NCBI GenBank assembly: GCA_021734945.1
Contig: JAIPIA010000001.1
Span: 4,465 to 68,464, forward strand
Length of the DNA stretch: 64,000 nucleotides
Reading direction: 5' to 3'
From: Minisyncoccota bacterium
Lineage (GTDB): Bacteria; Patescibacteriota; Minisyncoccia; Phycocordibacterales; CAIZLB01
The notes below the pieces were generated by a model. It was not told the DNA's origin, made no database searches, and saw only the letters and a program-made list of their open reading frames with translations. Position numbers and translations under genes: made by a program. Of this stretch, positions 50,570 to 60,550 are shown in pieces; the stretch's first letter is position 1; every line of letters starts with the position of its first letter.

Positions 50570-51757
50570 ATGCGAAAAAAGATACTGGTAGCCACTGTCC
50601 TCGGATTGATGGTGATTGTACCCATAATCAGTCTGAAAGTGACAGGTTTAGAGTCAATAAAAGATACAAATCAAGATATTGTGGTCGCTAAGTCACTGAG
50701 CGATCTTCCTGTTGGCGAAGTTAAGGAGTATCAAGTACAGAAGGGTGATACTTTTGCCGGTGTCATGACCAATATGGGTATTCAATATGACGAAGCTCTT
50801 GCCATCATGAACTCTTCAAAAGATACTTTTGATTTCACTAAAATAAATGCTGGAAAGTTCTTGAAGTTTGTGTTTGTTAACGAAGCTTTTGCAGCGATGG
50901 AATATCCGCTCAACAGCGACACTGTCATTCATGTTAAAAGAGAAGATGATTCTTTCAAGATAACTGAGGAAGATATTCCGTACAATATTGAGATGACGAC
51001 AGCTAAGGGCACAATTACTGATTCTTTGTTTGTTGCGGCTCAGGATGTTGGAGTTGAGGATAAGGTTACGTTAAAACTTGCAGATATATTTTCTAGCGAC
51101 ATAGACTTTGCTACTGATATCCAAGACGGCGATTCGTTCTCTGTCGTGTATGAAAAGAGAACGTTAGATGGCAAGCCTGCCAGTGCGGGAAAAGTGCTTG
51201 GTGCAAAATTTACAAATGACGGTACAACTTACACCGCTTTTCGTTACAATGATGGATTCTATAATGAAGACGGAGAGTCACTCACTCGTCAATTTCTCAA
51301 ATCTCCACTCAACTATGCTCGTATAAGTTCGGGATTCAGTTTTAAGCGAACAAATCCAGTGACTAAACAGGTTACTCCTCATCGTGCTATTGATTACGCC
51401 GCATCTGCAGGTACTCCTGTTATTGCAACTGCTGATGGAACGGTCTCTGTTGCTGGTTCAAAAGGAGGTCTGGGAATAACGGTAGAGTTAAAGCATGGCG
51501 AGTATCTTACGCAATACGCTCATCTCTCAGATATTGCGGACGGTATTAAAAAGGGCGTCGATGTAAAACAAGGAGACATTGTCGGCTACGTAGGTTCAAC
51601 AGGCATTTCAACTGGTCCACATTTGCAGTATGCAATGTTTAAGAATGGTAACCCTATCAACCCATTAGATACGGATTTCCCAAGAGGAGAAGCTTTGAGT
51701 GATTCTGAAAAACCTAATTTTGATTCTGTAAAAAATAAATTACTAGGTCTTATCTAG
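50570..51757 (+). CDS. M23 family peptidoglycan DD-endopeptidase (MepM-like)
   Basis: HRAID, YAHLS and STGPHL motifs; TM anchor. Confidence 0.9.
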   Translation: MRKKILVATVLGLMVIVPIISLKVTGLESIKDTNQDIVVAKSLSDLPVGEVKEYQVQKGDTFAGVMTNMGIQYDEALAIMNSSKDTFDFTKINAGKFLKFVFVNEAFAAMEYPLNSDTVIHVKREDDSFKITEEDIPYNIEMTTAKGTITDSLFVAAQDVGVEDKVTLKLADIFSSDIDFATDIQDGDSFSVVYEKRTLDGKPASAGKVLGAKFTNDGTTYTAFRYNDGFYNEDGESLTRQFLKSPLNYARISSGFSFKRTNPVTKQVTPHRAIDYAASAGTPVIATADGTVSVAGSKGGLGITVELKHGEYLTQYAHLSDIADGIKKGVDVKQGDIVGYVGSTGISTGPHLQYAMFKNGNPINPLDTDFPRGEALSDSEKPNFDSVKNKLLGLI

Positions 51758-53070
51758 TTGCTGAGTGATAGCACCTTATCCTTAAGTGTCAGTTTACTTT
51801 TTAGGTGACTCAGTAGTTCTCGCTTTTCGTATAGAGGTCTCTTTCTTAGAATGTGCTTGGCGTAGTTGCGTATATCTATATCTTTTATTTTTACTTTCTC
51901 TTTGACTTCTTTTCCTAGTACTGATTCTTGAAATTCATTATGAGCTTCTATTTCAGCTCTAATTCTGTCTTTCATTCCGATTTCATCTAGTGATATCACA
52001 TCAAGTACATTTGCTAATTGTTCTATCAAGTCTTCTTCTCGTACATACCCGCATTGGCAATTTTTATCCTTAAATTTAGTGCATCCATAGTAGACGTAGC
52101 GATTTGTCGTTCCGTCTTTAAGTTTCTTGAATTTCTCGTCAGCGGTTATGCCTGATCCACATAGTCCGCAGGTAATCATCTTGGTAAAGGCGAACTCCTT
52201 ATCCTGAGTCCTTGTTAGGTGATCGTTGCTTATCTTATCCTGCACTTGGTTATATAAATCTTTCGTGATGATCGGCTCGTGCTTTCCGACATACCATTGT
52301 CCGCTTCCTTTCGGGTACTCAAATTCGCCGTAGTAGAAAGTGCTTTTGAGAATTATGTACACATTACTCAGTGTCAGTGGCTTTCCGTGCTTTGTCTTGA
52401 ATCGTATGTCCTCAGCTAACCACTTGAAGAGCTTCCGTCCAGACCATCCGTCGTATGCTACTTTCTCGAACATCTGTTTAATCACATGAGCTCTTTGCTC
52501 ATCGGGCATCACCTCACACTTTCTGTTCCTGTCAGAGTGGCTCAGATAACCCGTTGGGGGAACTGATGGCCATAATCCCATTTCGCATCTCGCTCGAAGT
52601 CCTCGCTTTACGTTCACCATCTTGTTGTCGTTCTCCAGTTTCGCTTGGCTTCCCAAAATCATCAGAAGGAATTTCTCATTTGGATTGTTTGTGAACTTCT
52701 GTCCGTAAGTGCGGATTTCGTGCAGAAGCTTCTGATCCATCAGGTCTACTACCGACCCAAGGTCACCAGCATTTCTGCTTAATCGGTCGGGTTCCCATGT
52801 CAGGATTCCGTTAAATTTTCCTTGTCTTATTTCACTGATCAGCTCGTTATATACAGGTCTTTGTCCAACCTCTTTTGATGAGTGCGATTCTCGCTTTATT
52901 TCGACTATTTCTAAACCCTCTCGCTCGGCGAGACTTATCATCTCTTTAACCTGCGATTCTATTGATAATGCTTGTTTGTCTTCTTGCTCTGTTGATTTGC
53001 GAGCATAGAGGCAGTACTTAATCGGTATGACCTCCTCAGGCTTCTCTGGTTGCTTGTTTTCTATCTTCAT
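51754..53070 (-). CDS. Large serine recombinase (resolvase + recombinase + Zn ribbon)
   Basis: YARKSTE, DRLSRN, CGLCG..YYGC..C. Confidence 0.93.
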   Translation of the reverse strand: MKIENKQPEKPEEVIPIKYCLYARKSTEQEDKQALSIESQVKEMISLAEREGLEIVEIKRESHSSKEVGQRPVYNELISEIRQGKFNGILTWEPDRLSRNAGDLGSVVDLMDQKLLHEIRTYGQKFTNNPNEKFLLMILGSQAKLENDNKMVNVKRGLRARCEMGLWPSVPPTGYLSHSDRNRKCEVMPDEQRAHVIKQMFEKVAYDGWSGRKLFKWLAEDIRFKTKHGKPLTLSNVYIILKSTFYYGEFEYPKGSGQWYVGKHEPIITKDLYNQVQDKISNDHLTRTQDKEFAFTKMITCGLCGSGITADEKFKKLKDGTTNRYVYYGCTKFKDKNCQCGYVREEDLIEQLANVLDVISLDEIGMKDRIRAEIEAHNEFQESVLGKEVKEKVKIKDIDIRNYAKHILRKRPLYEKRELLSHLKSKLTLKDKVLSLSN

Positions 53071-53199
53071 ACCTACATTGATGACGCTGATTGCTCTAGG
53101 AGTCTAGAGCGTCCTAGACTGGCTAAGTCGGTAACTTTTTAGGCTCAAAATCTTTCAAAATTAGCATTTTTGTTGTATGATTTGTTGCAAATATACACC

Positions 53200-56100
53200 A
53201 TGAGTGCCTCAAAATTTAAATTTTTAAAAGATGCTCCTATTGGAAAAGAATCCCAAGGTTTTTTTGATTTCTATCATAAAAATATAGCCCCAGCATTAAA
53301 GACAATTGTTGAAAATGATTCATGTGTTCATACTGTTGGTTTATTTGGGAAATGGGGTAGCGGAAAAAGTACTATTATCAAACTACTTAAAGAGGGTGGA
53401 GTTGAGGATGCGACCATCGTAGAATTCGACTGTTGGAAATATGAAAAGGATTCACTGAGAAGACAGTTGCTTTTACAGATCGCTAAAGATCTTGGTGTGA
53501 GTAGAAAGAATATCGATGAACTAGAAAAAGAGCTTTATTTTTCTTTGAGCGAAACTATAAATGAAAAAGTATCAATTTCTTGGGGATATCTAAAGAAAGT
53601 GGCACTTATTTCTTTCGCTTTTCTTCTGCCGGTAGGTTTTATAACATGGCAAATATTTCCTGATGTTGCTACACAATGGAAACTTTGGGTTGGCACTAGT
53701 TTTTCTCTAGTCTTATCCATTGCATTGTTAGTAGAGAAGGTGTTGGGTGATGATTTCAAAAAAATTATAATGGTCTCACCAATAACTGCCTCAAAAGCCC
53801 AACTCAGCTCCCCAGAACAGTTTGAGCGTTCTTTTATAAAGATATTAAAAACTACAAAAATCGATAAACAAAAAATTATTATTGTTATTGATAACCTTGA
53901 TCGTGTTGAATCGAAGGTAGCAACTGAGGTTTTGGCAACTCTCAAAACATTTTTAGAGATAAGTGAAGATAATTTGGGAAAAAAGAAGGTGATATTTCTT
54001 GTTCCGTGCGACTTTGATGCGATTAAAAAATCTGCTCCAAGTGCTGAGTTAGCGGATGAATTTTTAAGAAAGATTTTTAATGTAGTGATTTGGACACCTG
54101 AGTTCATCGATGTCGATATTCGAACATTTATAAAAGAACAAATAAGTCAGACTGGCGATATCAAAACTCACCTTGATGAAGAAGATGTAATTTTGGTCAT
54201 TGATTCCGCCTTTGCTAATAGCCCCAGAGAAATAAAACAATTTATAAACAATCTCATTTCTTCACTGATTGTTGCTTCTGAAACGGAAGTAAAAGATATT
54301 GTAGAAAAGAATGTTGCTTATATGGCAAAAGTACTTGTACTCATGCATAAATATCCAAAGGCATTTCAGAATCTAAAAAAGCTTTGGTATGCTCCTGAGG
54401 AAATTATTAATACTTATGAAGAGGTTCTCATAAAACATGAAAAAGAGGAATTTAACGAAGGCTTCAAAAATTTCATGCTGAGCACAAGCCGGATCACAGT
54501 ACTAGATGCTGAACCTTTCATTTATTTAAAGAAGCCTGTTGTATCTAATCGATTAACTAATGCAGACCCCATCCGACTTAGCCTTATTGAAGCAAAAGAG
54601 ACGGAGGCAAAAGACTTGGTGCAATCTGAGACTGACAAAGTTGCCCTTGTTGAGTTCATTATATCTATTTTGAATAAGTACCAGAACCAACCCGAAATAC
54701 TGAAGAACGTATTTATTACGCAACTTTCGATATTTAAAGAACTCAATATTTCAATTACAAAAAATTATTTAAACAAAGTAGGATCTCTTTTGGACGGTAA
54801 GGTATGGCCATATTTTCAAGATCTAAAGACAGACTTGATTTTTAGTTTTATTATCGCAGATGCTCAATTAGAACAGAATTTAAAGAAAAACATCCTAGAG
54901 CGGTATGTCTTGGCTTTAACTTCTACAGAAGAGTTTAAGAATTTTCAAAAAATAGAAATAGCAAAATTGATAATTAAAAGTTTGATTGAACATCAAAATC
55001 TGCTTACACCTGATCAAAAAATTAAGTTTGCACAGTCAATTGAACAAATATATACAGGTAAAGAAGACGTGATTGAATTATTTGTAAAAGCTGATGACCG
55101 TGGGCAGTTAATAACTAAGAAGACATTAGAGCAAGTAATAACAGGTAGTACTTTAGAGAATTTCTCTCTTAGGAAGGATCTATTCGTTAGCTTTCAGAAA
55201 TTGATTTCACTAAGAAAACTATTTTCTTTAATCTACGTTAAATTATCAGAATTATTGTCTCAACATAATACAAAACAGCCAGCTTTCGGTGAAGAAAAGG
55301 AACAGTATTTAAAACAGGTTCTTGAGCTAATATCCAAATATAAAGATGACCTTGCTCAGGTTCCAAAACCTGACGTAATTGAACTTGTAAGGTTGAATAT
55401 ACAAACGTTTAATAATATTAGCTCTTGGGATCAGCGGATTACGATTATCAATATCCTACAGCACTTACAGAGTATTGCAGATGATGGTCAAAAAGCGGAG
55501 ATAGGGTCTTTACTGAGTCAGTTTATACAGAATGCGACACCTGCGACTGTTCAAAAAATGTTTGCTTATTGGAAAATAACTTACATTCAATCTCTTATTA
55601 CAAAATTATTGACGCAATTACAACCGAGAATATCTTCAGATAAGATTTTTGCAAAAGTTATTTATGATTTTGCATCAACTGAGACCAGATTGGCAATATT
55701 AAAGTATCTTATTACTAACGAACATGATGCAACTATCGACTTTATCGGAACTCTTGCTGAAGGTGATTTTAATCGGGTTGAGGTAGTAAAAATGTTCTTG
55801 GATAAAGCTAAAACACTTCAAGCTAGCGATCGTGTAAGAATATATGATTTCATTTCTGAAAAAATTAGTATAAATGATGAGGTCGCTATAAAAGACCTTG
55901 TTGTAGAGCAAATCCGAGAATTACTTAATCAAGATGAACAAAATGTTTCCAAGGTTGGTTTTGATTTCTTTTGTAAGTCAGATTTTCTCGGGGAAGCTAA
56001 AAAGCGAGATGCTATCATAAAACCCGCGCTTGAATATCTTAGACAAGCTGGAAAAACTATAACTGAACAAAATAGTTACACGCTAAAAGCCATAGCCTCT

Positions 56101-56421
56101 TTTTTCAATAAACTACAGGAGACACCGCAAAAAGATTTTGTGTACTCTCTATTCAATATGTTGAGACCTGATAGAAATATGCAAACTATTGAAACTAGTC
56201 TTGAGAATTTGTTACTTGTTAAACCAGCTTTTGGCACATACGAGAAAGATTACAAAGATTTACTTGAGTCCCTAAAGAATTGGACTCAAGAAAACACAAA
56301 AACAAAGGTAATAGAGGCCATTGTTAGTCTTAAATCATTAGGTAATTTAAGTACCGAAGAAAAAGACTTTTGGAACTCAGTTGATGAGTTACTACCCAAA
56401 AAAGGAGAATCAGAAGTTTAA
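53200..56421 (+). CDS. KAP-family P-loop NTPase with two TM helices and long helical C-terminus
   Basis: GKWGSGKS, FDCWKY, IDNLDRV, EFLRKIF and PREIKQFIN motifs. Confidence 0.88.
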   Translation: MSASKFKFLKDAPIGKESQGFFDFYHKNIAPALKTIVENDSCVHTVGLFGKWGSGKSTIIKLLKEGGVEDATIVEFDCWKYEKDSLRRQLLLQIAKDLGVSRKNIDELEKELYFSLSETINEKVSISWGYLKKVALISFAFLLPVGFITWQIFPDVATQWKLWVGTSFSLVLSIALLVEKVLGDDFKKIIMVSPITASKAQLSSPEQFERSFIKILKTTKIDKQKIIIVIDNLDRVESKVATEVLATLKTFLEISEDNLGKKKVIFLVPCDFDAIKKSAPSAELADEFLRKIFNVVIWTPEFIDVDIRTFIKEQISQTGDIKTHLDEEDVILVIDSAFANSPREIKQFINNLISSLIVASETEVKDIVEKNVAYMAKVLVLMHKYPKAFQNLKKLWYAPEEIINTYEEVLIKHEKEEFNEGFKNFMLSTSRITVLDAEPFIYLKKPVVSNRLTNADPIRLSLIEAKETEAKDLVQSETDKVALVEFIISILNKYQNQPEILKNVFITQLSIFKELNISITKNYLNKVGSLLDGKVWPYFQDLKTDLIFSFIIADAQLEQNLKKNILERYVLALTSTEEFKNFQKIEIAKLIIKSLIEHQNLLTPDQKIKFAQSIEQIYTGKEDVIELFVKADDRGQLITKKTLEQVITGSTLENFSLRKDLFVSFQKLISLRKLFSLIYVKLSELLSQHNTKQPAFGEEKEQYLKQVLELISKYKDDLAQVPKPDVIELVRLNIQTFNNISSWDQRITIINILQHLQSIADDGQKAEIGSLLSQFIQNATPATVQKMFAYWKITYIQSLITKLLTQLQPRISSDKIFAKVIYDFASTETRLAILKYLITNEHDATIDFIGTLAEGDFNRVEVVKMFLDKAKTLQASDRVRIYDFISEKISINDEVAIKDLVVEQIRELLNQDEQNVSKVGFDFFCKSDFLGEAKKRDAIIKPALEYLRQAGKTITEQNSYTLKAIASFFNKLQETPQKDFVYSLFNMLRPDRNMQTIETSLENLLLVKPAFGTYEKDYKDLLESLKNWTQENTKTKVIEAIVSLKSLGNLSTEEKDFWNSVDELLPKKGESEV

Positions 56422-56513
56422 AATTAGACCTAATTCCCTTACTGGGATACCTGTAGGTAACTTTATTTTTTCTTTCTACACATTTTATCTGATTCAAGCT
56501 AACATGTAGATTA

Positions 56514-57335
56514 ATGGCAAAGAAGATTTTAGCTTACATAAAACAAAAACCTCACTTTTCACACAAAGATTTTGTACTGTATCTTGGTGATTCTACTGAT
56601 ATTCTCAACTCACTTCCTGAAGGTTCAATAGATATGATTTTTGCAGATCCTCCGTACATGCTTTCAAACGGAGGCTTTACTGTTCATGCTGGAAAAATGG
56701 TAAGTGTCGACAAAGGAAACTGGGACAAGAGTAAGGGATTTGATGAGGATTATGCTTTTCACAAAAGATGGTTGGAAGCGTGTCATAGGGTTTTAAAACC
56801 ACATGGCACCATCTGGGTTAGTGGCACCTATCACTCTATCTATCAATGTGGTCATGCAATTCAATCAATTGGCTTCCATGTCTTAAACGATATTACTTGG
56901 TTTAAACCAAACGCATCACCAAACCTTAGTTGCCGTTTCTTTACCGCAAGTCACGAGACGATTCTTTGGGCTAGGAAACATAAGAAAGCAAAACACACTT
57001 TCAATTACGATTTGATGAAAAATGGTGAATGGGCAGAAGATTTTATAAAGAAGCCTAATTTACAAATGCGTTCAGTGTGGGCAGTTAATCCTCCAAAGAA
57101 AGAAGAGAAGAAATTTACAAAGCACCCAACACAAAAACCCCTTTCACTTCTTGAGAGAATTGTCTTAGCTAGTACTAATAAGGGAGACATTGTACTCGAC
57201 CCATTTACTGGAAGTTCAACAACAGGAATCGCCGCGAAAAAGCACGGACGAAAGTTTATCGGTATTGATACTGAGGAGAAGTACTTAGATCTTTCTCAAA
57301 AACGCTTTCAAGATTTAGTCGGGGCTGGTAATTAA
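56514..57335 (+). CDS. Beta-class N6/N4 DNA methyltransferase (DpnA-like)
   Basis: FADPPY, HPTQKP and DPFTGSSTT motifs. Confidence 0.92.
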   Translation: MAKKILAYIKQKPHFSHKDFVLYLGDSTDILNSLPEGSIDMIFADPPYMLSNGGFTVHAGKMVSVDKGNWDKSKGFDEDYAFHKRWLEACHRVLKPHGTIWVSGTYHSIYQCGHAIQSIGFHVLNDITWFKPNASPNLSCRFFTASHETILWARKHKKAKHTFNYDLMKNGEWAEDFIKKPNLQMRSVWAVNPPKKEEKKFTKHPTQKPLSLLERIVLASTNKGDIVLDPFTGSSTTGIAAKKHGRKFIGIDTEEKYLDLSQKRFQDLVGAGN

Positions 57336-58173
57336 CTATTACCACTTCGGATATTTTTCCACGTTTATCAGATTTTGAATTAATCATTCTATTGGCGTAT
57401 ACAGGAATCTGTTTATATCCAGAATATATTTCTTGAATAAAAGGTGCACTTGAATTGCTGAGCATTACATATACACCTTTTTTGTCGAGTTCAATAAATA
57501 AGTCTCGAAGCTTTATTTGGTCATCTTTAGAAAAAGAATCTTTACTGTAACTAGTAAAACTGGATGTCTCGGAAAGTGGGTGATACGGCGGATCAAAATA
57601 TACAAAATCTCCAGCTTTAGCATTCTTTACAGCATCAACAAATGAACCGCTCGTTATTTTAGCATTTGAAAGTATTTTAGAAACTGATCGCAGGTTTTCC
57701 TCGTCTACAATTTTTGGATTCTTGTAACTACCAATCGGTACATTGAATCCACCTTTTGAATTTTCTCGATACACACCATTAAATGCTGTCTTATTGAAGA
57801 AGAGGAAGTAGAGACTCTTATCAAAGTCTTCATGAGATAATGAATTATATCTTTCCCGTAATGCATAATAAACCTCTTTGCGAGCAATCTCGTCTTTTTT
57901 GAGAAAATCTTCCTCAAGTTTCTTAAGAGACTTTATCAATCCCTCTACATCATTCTTTATGTGAATATAAGTCTGAGCAAGTGTTTTATTTATATCGTTG
58001 ATATGTGCCTTTTTAGGATTAATTGAAAAAAATACCGCACCTCCACCGATAAAGGGTTCAAAGTATGAATTAAATTCTTTCGGGAAAAGACTCTCGAACT
58101 GAGCAAGAAGTTGTCCCTTTCCACCTACCCATTTTAGGAATGGTTTTGCTTTTTTAGTGTTATTTAACTTCAC
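57256..58173 (-). CDS. Dam/DpnM-like alpha-class DNA adenine methyltransferase
   Basis: PFLKWVGGK, EPFIGGGAV, DIN, FNGVYREN and YFDPPY motifs. Confidence 0.93.
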   Translation of the reverse strand: MKLNNTKKAKPFLKWVGGKGQLLAQFESLFPKEFNSYFEPFIGGGAVFFSINPKKAHINDINKTLAQTYIHIKNDVEGLIKSLKKLEEDFLKKDEIARKEVYYALRERYNSLSHEDFDKSLYFLFFNKTAFNGVYRENSKGGFNVPIGSYKNPKIVDEENLRSVSKILSNAKITSGSFVDAVKNAKAGDFVYFDPPYHPLSETSSFTSYSKDSFSKDDQIKLRDLFIELDKKGVYVMLSNSSAPFIQEIYSGYKQIPVYANRMINSKSDKRGKISEVVIVNYQPRLNLESVFEKDLSTSPQYQYR

Positions 58174-58248
58174 GGTTCCATTTTATCATTTTGGAATCAA
58201 TAAGCCTATATCATTGTTATTGGACTGATTTTGTGATTAAATTGAATC

Positions 58249-58773
58249 ATGAAAATAGGAGGGATTGGAGGTGCTAATACAAAATCAGGGCTCCATTTTG
58301 AAGGAAGGGTTGATTTCCTTGAGGTTCTTAAGACTGTGTCTGGATACGAAGTAAAGGAAGATGGATCAATCTTATTTCAAGGCAAGGTGGTTGCTCTCAA
58401 CCTTCGAAAGAGTCGACTCTACAAATACCTTGAAAGCAAGGGTGTAAACCATAAAGAAATTCTATCAAAGAAGCTTCTACCTGATGATGCGATCCTGATT
58501 CTTGGCACTAATGCATTTTATGTAATTGAAATTAAGTTTCAGAGTGTCGCAGGATCGGTAGATGAAAAATTACAGACATGTCATTTTAAAAAACGACAGT
58601 ATGAAAAGCTAATGGATTCACTCGGTGTAAAAGTTGAGTATATTTATATTCTAAGTGAGTGGTTCCAAGCACCTGCATACAAAGATGTACTCGCATATAT
58701 CAAGGAGGTTGACTGCGATTATTTCTTTGAAGAAATCACACTAAATCGACTAGGTCTTCCGTCTCCAAAATAA
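58249..58773 (+). CDS. Putative PD-(D/E)XK restriction endonuclease
   Basis: LPDD...IEIKFQ..GSVDEK; adjacent to two MTases. Confidence 0.75.
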   Translation: MKIGGIGGANTKSGLHFEGRVDFLEVLKTVSGYEVKEDGSILFQGKVVALNLRKSRLYKYLESKGVNHKEILSKKLLPDDAILILGTNAFYVIEIKFQSVAGSVDEKLQTCHFKKRQYEKLMDSLGVKVEYIYILSEWFQAPAYKDVLAYIKEVDCDYFFEEITLNRLGLPSPK

Positions 58774-59340
58774 TTATCTGAAGCCTGGCATCGCTGACTG
58801 GAGCACTTCGGTATAATGTTTGTTTCCATCGATATAATCTCTCAGTATTAATAGAAGATTTTTAAACATATATGCTCCTGGGTTTATTTTCTCGTTTTTA
58901 CAGAACAGCTCAATCATTATTGCTACATAGTCCAAAGAAAGTGTGTAGTCTTGTTCGATGTGTGCATATCTTGTCGTAATTTCATTGATAGTTTCAAGTT
59001 GATATTTATTTCTGTCTTCAACAGATATAAATGGTGATGTACGTTCGTAGAAATCGATATAGTACTGAACTATAGATCGTACATCATCTCGGTACTGCGG
59101 AATTTTTAACAATAAATCTACCACCCAAAAAGTGTGAGTTGGTGGAGTCATTACTTTACTAGCTCCAGGCACGAGAATTTTTATAACAAAGTCTATGTCT
59201 GGTCTCGTGCCTCGATTACCTTGGAATAATCCAATCAAGGTTCCGTCACGAGTTGCATATGTTTTAAAGGCGACGAGGCGAGGTCTCAGCTGTCCGAGGT
59301 CAGTTCCATTATAGTATTTTGAATTATAGATGTGTGGCAT
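58774..59340 (-). CDS. Hypothetical protein in RM locus
   Basis: 188-aa ORF; stop abuts the endonuclease stop. Confidence 0.65.
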   Translation of the reverse strand: MPHIYNSKYYNGTDLGQLRPRLVAFKTYATRDGTLIGLFQGNRGTRPDIDFVIKILVPGASKVMTPPTHTFWVVDLLLKIPQYRDDVRSIVQYYIDFYERTSPFISVEDRNKYQLETINEITTRYAHIEQDYTLSLDYVAIMIELFCKNEKINPGAYMFKNLLLILRDYIDGNKHYTEVLQSAMPGFR

Positions 59341-59523
59341 TAGGTCAATTATAGCAAAAAGTAGACTGTTGGTAACCCGAGCTTCGCAAGGCTCTATATC
59401 TAAGCTAGAGTCTAGATAGATAGCTCTGTTTTTGCTATCATGTACTTATACAACAAAGACCTAACCCCTTAGAAAACGCTTAGTTTCCTAAGGATATGGT
59501 CGGAATAATAAAACCGCTACAGT

Positions 59524-59623
59524 ATAGAAGACTCCTCGTCAGAGTCACTGTAGCGGTCGCGTACCCGAAAGGGTATGTGGGTCTGATCGAAAGATTGGAT
59601 CACAATGGCGGGGAGTCTTCTGT
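59524..59623 (+). ncRNA. Candidate C4/CI-like antisense cloverleaf RNA
   Basis: 16-18-bp closing stem, two 9-bp GAAA hairpins, 16-nt loop complementary to 59668-59683. Confidence 0.65.
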
Positions 59624-59676
59624 CTCACGACTCAAGGCTTCTTGCTAATTACCAGCATTAAGTCAAAACCGCTACA

Positions 59677-60150
59677 GTGACTCAAAAAAATAATGATCTG
59701 GATAAGATCAATAAAAATATCTACATTAAAACCTATGTGGTCAGTATTGTTTCGTACCTGATTCTCGTAGGACTCATCTCAACCTTTCTTGAAAGTCCGT
59801 TTATTCAAACACTTTTAGTTACAGCAGGAGCTCTTCTTGTTTGGACTATATTCAAATCGATCATTGGTTCAGTTACATTCAATTTGTTCTTTAGAAATGA
59901 TCTAATTGAAAAGTACCTACACGAGTTTAAGGCGAATGATTTTCCTAAACCACAGGATTATGAAATGGAAGAGGTTGAATCGTACTTACAAACAATTGCG
60001 ATGAATCCTGATAATCATCCAAAAAATATTGTTGCCACAGGAATGCTTAGCGAATTTGGGCACGCCCGTACTCAAGGAAGTATGCTCGTCTTACTCAGAC
60101 TGACAAAGGTTATGAAAAAGGCTTTGAGGAAATATAGCTACTTCAGTTAA
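59677..60150 (+). CDS. Hypothetical membrane protein (2 TM)
   Basis: GTG start; two hydrophobic helices. Confidence 0.65.
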   Translation: MTQKNNDLDKINKNIYIKTYVVSIVSYLILVGLISTFLESPFIQTLLVTAGALLVWTIFKSIIGSVTFNLFFRNDLIEKYLHEFKANDFPKPQDYEMEEVESYLQTIAMNPDNHPKNIVATGMLSEFGHARTQGSMLVLLRLTKVMKKALRKYSYFS

Positions 60151-60460
60151 TAGGTTATCCACATTCGATATCTCAAAAACTCTATAAAGTAGCGTTATTT
60201 TGAAAGTGACAGAAATGAGTCTCAAAAAGACACTTGCAGTCTCATGATTTGTGATAAAATAATCACAGAAGCACTAAGACATCCCCCATATTGAAACGGC
60301 TGAGAATCAAATCAGCTAAGTCTATGCAATGTAGCCTAGATGGAAAACCCACAGAAACTATCTTCTGATAGTAGAATGACGCTGGTGACCATATCTGGCA
60401 ATAGAAATTTTTAACTCCAAAGGTTAAAGGTTCTATTGCTTGCAGGTCGACACAATAGAC

Positions 60461-60514
60461 AAAAACCCGCCTTTGGTATTAAAGATAACTTTGATATCGT
60501 AGGCGGTTTTTTGT
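60461..60514 (+). terminator. Terminator/attenuator in the leader of the ParB-methylase operon
   Basis: AAAAACCCGCCT...AGGCGGTTTTTT. Confidence 0.65.
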
Positions 60515-60550
60515 TGCTTCTAGATTACAAATTAATTATCTAGCAAGTAT

